Shown here: piece by piece, positions 56,579-63,311 of the stretch | Numbering within the stretch: position 1 is the first letter of the stretch | Layout of the letters: every line of letters begins with the position of its first letter | Program-made: the position numbers and the translations under genes | Origin: Aplysia californica | Taxonomy: Eukaryota | DNA: 63,311 nt | Assembly: GCF_000002075.1 (NCBI RefSeq) | Contig: NW_004797274.1 | Location: 3,689,961-3,753,271 of the forward strand | Direction of reading: 5' to 3' | The notes under the pieces: model-generated | The model's database searches: none | What the model was told of the DNA's origin: nothing | Seen by the model: only the letters and a program-made list of their open reading frames with translations

Positions 56579-59500
56579 ACCCTTAGTTTTACTGTGCTTG
56601 TTCTGAGAGAGTTTTTCTGACTGGTTCTTTTGTAAATAATGTTTGATTTTTTTTGTTTTTCTTCCTGTCTAAGTGTTGGGGAAATGACAAAGCTTTATTA
56701 TACATTGCTGTTTGGTGGAGTTCTTGAGACATCATGCTGTATTTTACGTTTTAGTGTGTGGCTGGCTGCTTGTCTTCTGTTTGGTCTGCACTTTTTGCCT
56801 TTGAAAGGTTTAAAAAAGGGGAAGGAAAAAATTAGAGGAGAACTTTTCTGTTTCTGTAATTGATTTTGCTATCACATCATGTTACTCATTATGAGAGTCA
56901 ACACTGATATACACATTTAGATAGCATTTTGACAACTATTCTTAGTAGAGTACTGCATGGAGCAGGCTTTTGCTGTCTGAGCATTACTAGTTAGTAGTGT
57001 GCAATATTTTGTCTGTTAACTCGTTGTGAAGGGTCTCTATATACTCTGAAGTCAGAGAAAAGTTCTTGGTTACAAATATTTATGCTGGTATCGTCTCTGG
57101 AAAGCATTTTAATGAATTTAGTAGTGGGGACAGTAGTGAGTCTGTGTGTGTGTATGTTATGACAGATGGTCGATTTCTATACAGACAGAGCAGATGGTGG
57201 TTGAGTTCACGTCCACTCTGATTGTGTGAGCTAGCTGGTGGTTGGCGGGCGCCACTTGTAGGTCCTACTTCTTTTCTCTCCACTGTAGTTTCTGTCTGTC
57301 TGTCTGTCTGTCTTGCTTTTCCTTGCACTAAATGGCCATTATAGTGTCTATGTGCTTGTCTTTACTCCAACTTTACACTGTCTGAGCACCCACTCTGATT
57401 GTGTACAAACACTGTGAGATAGTGCAGTGACTTTGCCATGACTTTCTGGAGGTTAAACACAAGTTTTCACAACAGGCTGGCACAGTAAAGGAACTTTTCA
57501 GCAGCTCAGGACTGTACCCGTATAAAATGTCTGTTCTGTTCTCTTCACTGACTTGGTCTTCCTAAAGTTGAACGAAAAATTGTGATATAAAAATAGTGAA
57601 AGTAAGCTTTGCTTCCCGTGATCGTTTAGGCTTGGCACTGTGCTTACCGATACTTTAAACAGAGAAATCTAGATCTGATAGTTGCGTTGCAGGTAATCTT
57701 GGTGGGCTCCTGTCTAGATTGAAGAATGGGTAGAGGACAGTCCCATCTCACAGGTCCTCTGTATCTTGACCCATTCCTTCTGGCTCTGAATTCTCTATGT
57801 ATGTTGTGTTCCTTATGTCTCTGTCATTCTCACTGCTTTCTCTTTGCATTCTCTATCGCTGTGTGCCTGCTGCATTTCGAGGCTCTGTACAGATGCACAA
57901 ATACAAACACTAGTTTGTCCTGTTAATCCTAGAGTGTTTATCAGTTTTGTGCAATATTCTCTTTGTGATCCAGTGGGTTCAGTGTTGATCTCAATCTCAA
58001 GCGGTTGTAAATGTTTGATATCTAGTGTCTGTGTATTGAAGTTAGCATAGAGACACATATATATGAAGATGCTGGTGGTTGAAGGGCGCCGCCTCAGGTA
58101 ACTCTTATTTCTGAACTATTCATCTTTTGCTTCTGTCTGTCTGTCTTTCTGTTTCCCAGCACTAAATGACCGTTCATGGGTCAATGTACTTCTCTTTACT
58201 CATACAAACTCGCTCAAACAACACATCCTAAGATGAAGAGGAATAGAAGAAATAATGTCTATCTTTATATTGTACATACAGTTAGTGTCGAGACACATTC
58301 TGGTAACGGGATAAACAAAAGGTATGTTTGGAGTAGTTGTCATGTCCTGTCGCCACGGTCCTAAGTCATTTGCCTAAAACATTTTTTGTTGTTTAGGGAA
58401 AACTTGAAAATACAGTTCTTGCCTTACTCAAACGTACAACTTGAGCACAAATTACAATGTTTCGAAAATTACATTGTTTAAAGAAAACTTAGAAAATATA
58501 GTGCTTGCCTAAATCAACCTTACTACTTGAACACAAGGAAATTGGTATAAGAAAATAAGATTTGTTGTACATGGAACAAAATGCTGGGAGGATGAAAAAA
58601 AAGTAGCAGGCCCTTTTTCCCAACCAATTACCAGAGACCTGAAATAATTGACCAAGGGCAATTATGTCATGACCGTGACAGTGTCCACTTTTATCTGAGC
58701 CAATGGCTGGAATGGTGCCCCTCCGTAGCCTGTGTTGTGCTTGTCTTGCAAGCCGAGGGGAGTTCTGTTGATGTGCAGTCATGTGACTTGCTTTGGACTC
58801 TTGTGCAATCTTTTTCTCCAGAACAAGTCATGATGCAAATATTTATTTATGTTTTTTTTTTTCTTTCTGTAATATTCTGATAACTTTTGTTTGAAATTAA
58901 AATGAAAAGGTGACTTTTCTTTCCTTAAACGCTGTTCCTGTTTATTTTTTTTGTAAAGTGATGAACGAGTTTATGATGTACACTTTGGCAAAAAATATTT
59001 GGTATGCTTTTTTTTTCTTTCACTTGGTTTTGGAGGCACAGATTTACATCTTGTATATGTTTAGAGCTAATTAAGTTGAACTTCACACTTAATAGCACCA
59101 GGTTTCTTTCCTTTTTCCTCATAATTTCAATGACTTTGATTCTTTGCCCAGATCCAAGATAAAATCTCCCCACAGAAGAGTTAACAAAACATGGAAAATT
59201 GGCATTCATGTCTAGAAATGTTCTCATTTCAATGTCTTGAGATGCTGGAGGGAAATCCCTCTCATCATTACCTCGTTATGTGTGATTGGTTGGAAGGCGC
59301 CTCTTTTTATTTCTTCTGTTGGTTCTGTCTGTCTCTTTTTGCCTACAATAAAAAAATGTCCTCTGTGATGTGCTTCTCATTACTCAAATTAAAACTAAAT
59401 CTGTTTGAGTGTCTCCTCCCCCACAACTGCTGTCAGTGTCAGGCAGGCTAGACTGAGATGTCTGAAACGGCACAACAAAATTTTGAGACTACTTGGTTCA

Positions 59501-59904
59501 GGTGTTCACTCCCATACCCACCTACACCTCGTTATTCTATTACTATTATGAAGGGCACTCTCCACTGTAGAACATAGATGCACATCACATAGTGCCTGCA
59601 CTGTTCAATGTGGCTGGGAGTCTAGCATAGATCTATGTTAGTGTAAGAACTGATTGCACTGTGCTGTGTCCCTGTGTGAACACTGTCTCGACTCTCTCTC
59701 TCTCTCTCTCTCGCTCTCTCTCTAACCTCTCTAACCCCCCTCACACCAGTGTGATCACACACAAACTGTGCAACCTAAAACTGAAATAGTTTCTCTTTCT
59801 CCTACCAAATTATTTTTTTTTACACTTTAAAGCAATGAAATTATAGAGTAGTCCAAAGCCTTTTGCAAATATATTTAACTTGCATGCCTAGGCATACAGG
59901 ATAA

Positions 59905-60320
59905 ATCAAGATGGCAGGAGCTTGACAAGGTATATATCTAAAGATGCTAGGAATGAAACAAGGTATATTATATCTAAATTTGGTAGGAGCTAGACAAGGT
60001 ATGTATCTCAGGATGGTGGAAACGAAGCAAGGTATATAAAATATATACATATATAAATTGGGATGAAGGGAGCTGAGAATATGTCTTTCAGCTTGGTAAA
60101 TATCTCACGATGGTGGGAGCTTGGTACATATCTGAAATGGGAGCTTGTTATCTCCAGATTGTGGAAGCCAAACTTGGTGCATCTCAGGGCTGTGAAAGCC
60201 TAACTGGGCACTGTATATTGTAGGTGAGTGGGAGCCAGACTAGGTCTATATTTCAAGATGGTTGGAGCTAGAAATAGGTATTGATATTTCATGATGGTGG
60301 GAGGTGAGTATCAGGGTATC
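59905..60320 (+). repeat. Degenerate ~33-bp minisatellite (ATATCTCAGGATGGTGGGAGCTAGACAAGG)
   Basis: About 11 decayed units. Confidence 0.65.
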
Positions 60321-61178
60321 TCTCTCAGGTTAGTTTTGATTAAATTTTATTACGGAGCACCAGGCACCAAATGTTTTTTCAGCGAATGCTGACAGTTTTG
60401 CCTATTTCTCTCAGTGTAAGCGTAAGTTACAGAGATCATTTTCCTCTCTCCGTAGTTTGCTTGTGCTTTGTCTTGACTTAGCATGAGGCGACATGTCTTT
60501 GCTGTTCTTAAACATGGATACTCATTTGTGTACTTGTTTTATTCCCTATGAAAACTGCTGTACATTGGTCACACTTTGTTTTCATGAGAGTCGTTACAAA
60601 GATTTGGATTGTCACATGATTTTTTTTTTTCTCCCTCCCCCTTCTGTCTGAGAACCAGCTGAAATTGTCCAATAATTTTCGTTTTGGTTTTGATAGACGA
60701 TCTACATTCTTCTACAACTGCATGTGTATGTTTGCAATTTTCTTCATCATCTTGTCATGACCAAATGAAATCTTTCTTAACAACACAGACAACTGTTTTT
60801 AGATGAATGTTTTGAGGACCAGATACATATAATAATCGTTATTTATTCCTTCTTCTTGACATTGAATGTGATTTCCTGTATGTATGATTATAATTTATTG
60901 TCATGATGGCCTGAGTTCCCTGTACATGATGATGCGTCGAGTTACACACGGCAGTTTCTTTGTCGTCCCCCCCCTTATGTACCATCCTTTGAGGATTTGT
61001 AGCAGTTTTTTTCCTCCCTGTTGGTCAGTGTAGCTGTGTTACCGAGTAGACTCAGCTCATTGTGCGGGCTCAGCTCGCCATGCAGCGTGTGTGACACTCC
61101 CTGTTCCAATGGTGTGTGACACTCCCTGTTCCAGTGGTCAGTTACAGAGCTGTGTAGTCTACCACCAAGGGCTGCTAC

Positions 61179-61382
61179 TGGCGTCCATGGTGTAGTGGTT
61201 AGGCTCTTTGCTGTTGTACGCAGAAGACATGAGTTGGAATCCCATGTGGGGAAGTTTTTGTGTCGAGTATGTCATCCATCTGCTGTCTCCCTCTCAGCCT
61301 GGGTAGCCTTGAGTGATGGGCAATGACAGTCCGCCTCTGAAATAATCTAAGTTGTATCGATGGGGGCATAAAACGTTAACGA
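61179..61382 (+). mobile_element. tRNA-derived SINE (family C); degenerate relatives at ~20571-20755 and ~38605-38795
   Basis: TGGTGTAGTGGTTAGG A-box, GAGTTGGAATCCC B-box, tail ATCTAAGTTGTATCGATGGGGGCATAAAAC. Confidence 0.7.
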
Positions 61383-62692
61383 TCATTTGCATTCTATCGA
61401 GGGCTTGCACCAGCTCACAACAATGAGGCTTTTGTTTGAGGAGTAGGACCAGACTCTTGTTTGAGCGTCCAGGTGTTCTCTTTCTCTCTGTGGCACACTA
61501 TACACGTCCAACTCTCATGTGTGTTCACGTAATCTCCTGCACGCAGACATGGCACACACTTTCTGTTGGCAGTAGCCAAGATGGTGTTTCTCAAGTTTCA
61601 GCCTCGTGTAGGTGTGCAGACTACAGGTTCAATTCCTTGGTCCCACTCTAAAAGAATCCAGCTTTTCGAGTTTAGTTTATTTTCTTAGTAGTCTTAGACT
61701 TTAGCTAATGATATTAAAGCTGACAACTTTCATGTTGGAAGTAATGTGCTCTCGGACAAACTCATTTGATTTTGTTAAAACGAAAAACAAAACACTGGTA
61801 ACCCTTATGGAAGTTTAAAGTTGCTTTTTAAAAAAAAAGTGAGTCTTGAAATTTTTTGTTGTTGTTTGTTTAGAATCCAGCTAATGTTCGTCTGGAGTTT
61901 TGTCCCTTAACAAAGATTTGCCCATAGTTCCCTCATTTTGCTGTAAATGTTCACTTTAACAGGCTTGCCAACTGTCCCGAGTTTCGGGGATCTGTCCTGG
62001 ATTCGGCAATCTGTAATTTGAGAGGACATTATGGACACTGTACTGATACCAGTGCTACTTGATTTGATGTAATTTTGTTTCTTGGTGTGTAATTTGATAC
62101 TATAAAATTGGGTGATCATCCTGATTGGGTTTGAAAAAGTTGGCAAGCCTGCTTTTGGGCCCACCTGTACCAGAAGTTTATGATTAAAACATGAAATGGG
62201 AGTCTGTGGAAGTACGTGTAATATGCAGTCCATTCAGCGGACTTCGAGGAGAAACTTTCTCCACATCCAGTGTGGTGCAAGAGGTTGATGGAATTTCTCC
62301 TGGTCTTAGGGTCAGCTCACTTGTGGCTGAGAGGGGGGGGGGGGGGGTTGTTGTTTTATTTTCCTTTGGTTGTCTGTAGTCAGTGTTCTGAGCTTTTTCA
62401 CACACTAGCAAGGGACATTCATGGCTCTCCTTTCCATTTTACTGAATCCTGTATAAAATTGTAGAAAGAAAACCACAATTAAAATGTACAACTATAGTCT
62501 CATTTGTTTCACTGTTGATTTTTTCCGTTCGTGTCCCCTGAGAAGTTTTAATGTGGGGAGATGGAACTGAGATTGAGAGGAATCTTCCATCCCGAGTTTG
62601 GAACATGTCGATATATAGGGCCTATCAAATTTGGTTTCTCCAAGATCTGAAAGACCAATGAGGCGGATGATTAGGGGGCATGGCTGGAGGGT

Positions 62693-62780
62693 CTTGTTTG
62701 TTTTGGTAAGTAACTGAGCAGAAGGTCATATGAGTGTGCGGGACACATTAAACATTTTCAGTTTGGTAGGAAATAATTCT
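62693..62780 (-). mobile_element. Degenerate LINE 3' tail, minus strand
   Basis: Reverse complement reads TGTGTCCCGCACACTCATATGACCTTCTGCTCAGTT...AAAACAAACAA, similar to 48841-48908. Confidence 0.55.
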
Positions 62781-62994
62781 AATTTTGCCTGGGTGGCGGC
62801 TGAAGCCTACTCTTATTGGTTTTTAAAACCACCAAGGGATCTTCAACGCTCCCAACTTGCACAAGGGACTTCTGAGATTTTTCATCCTTTTTCTCAGTCC
62901 AAGTGTTAGACTTACCTACGCTAAGATCAAGGGTATGGCTGAAAGACTTCAGTAAGAAGGAGCCAAAGAGTAACAGTAGAAAGGCTGCAGAAAG

Positions 62995-63056
<62 letters not shown>

Positions 63057-63311
63057 CGTTTCTGTTTCTCTCTTTGTCTCTCTGTCTATCTATATCTCAG
63101 TCACTATTTTTGCATATTACTCTCTCTTCCTCTCTTTGTCTCTCTACTTCTCTCTGTAAGTCTATATCATTTAACTCTCAGTGTTTGTCTATTTCCCTCC
63201 TTTCCTCTGCCCCCTCCCCATCCCATCACTTTCTGCTTCTCTCATCTTTTTCTCCCTCTCTTTTCCCATCTCTCCATTTTCCTTGTCTCTCCCTGTCTCT
63301 CCCTGTGTCTG

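Larger units (their letters stand above)
3896..59400 (+). mobile_element. Older short retroposon family D (~130 bp), ~13 dispersed copies, all + strand
   Basis: GGTTGGAAGG(T/C)GCC..TGGTAGGTCCTACT...TCTGTCTGTC...GCACTAAATGACCATTA..GTGTTAATGTGC..CTTTACTCAAACAAAC. Copies at ~3896, 5621, 12865, 21175, 26625, 38099, 43184, 45787, 46035, 49940, 57238, 58074, 59284; degenerate. The span given is the range of copies. Confidence 0.65.
8236..63053. repeat. Microsatellites: (CA)n 8236-8295, (GT)n 10189-10290 and 15853-15942, (GA)n 24721-24763, (CT)n 39189-39240 and 62997-63053, (GAT)n 45735-45790, (TA)n 56530-56574
   Basis: Direct inspection; several abut assembly gaps. The span given is the range. Confidence 0.9.

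Overview
Eukaryotic (animal) genomic DNA with several N-gaps; the repeat content suggests a lophotrochozoan, probably a gastropod (inference). The window is dominated by one + strand, intron-rich gene, tomosyn (STXBP5/STXBP5L family: WD40/Lgl-type propellers plus a C-terminal R-SNARE-like motif). I traced 27 coding exons by hand, from 809 to the stop at 50405; their lengths sum to an uninterrupted frame, and the first exons lie upstream of the window. The gene has a probable U12-type intron and a 1726-nt Pro/Ser-rich exon in the hypervariable loop. The introns hold an internally deleted I/Nimb-group LINE, three families of short promoter-less retroposons sharing the LINE's 3' hairpin tail, tRNA-derived SINEs, and hAT, piggyBac-like, Sola-like and Tc1 DNA elements. 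The most unusual patterns: (i) the ~30 LINE-tail elements in the gene and the ~9 kb after its stop are all in sense orientation, and many sit within ~100 nt of an exon; (ii) three exon 3' ends and their splice donors have seeded intronic tandem-repeat arrays. Coordinates were counted by eye; repeat boundaries are approximate.
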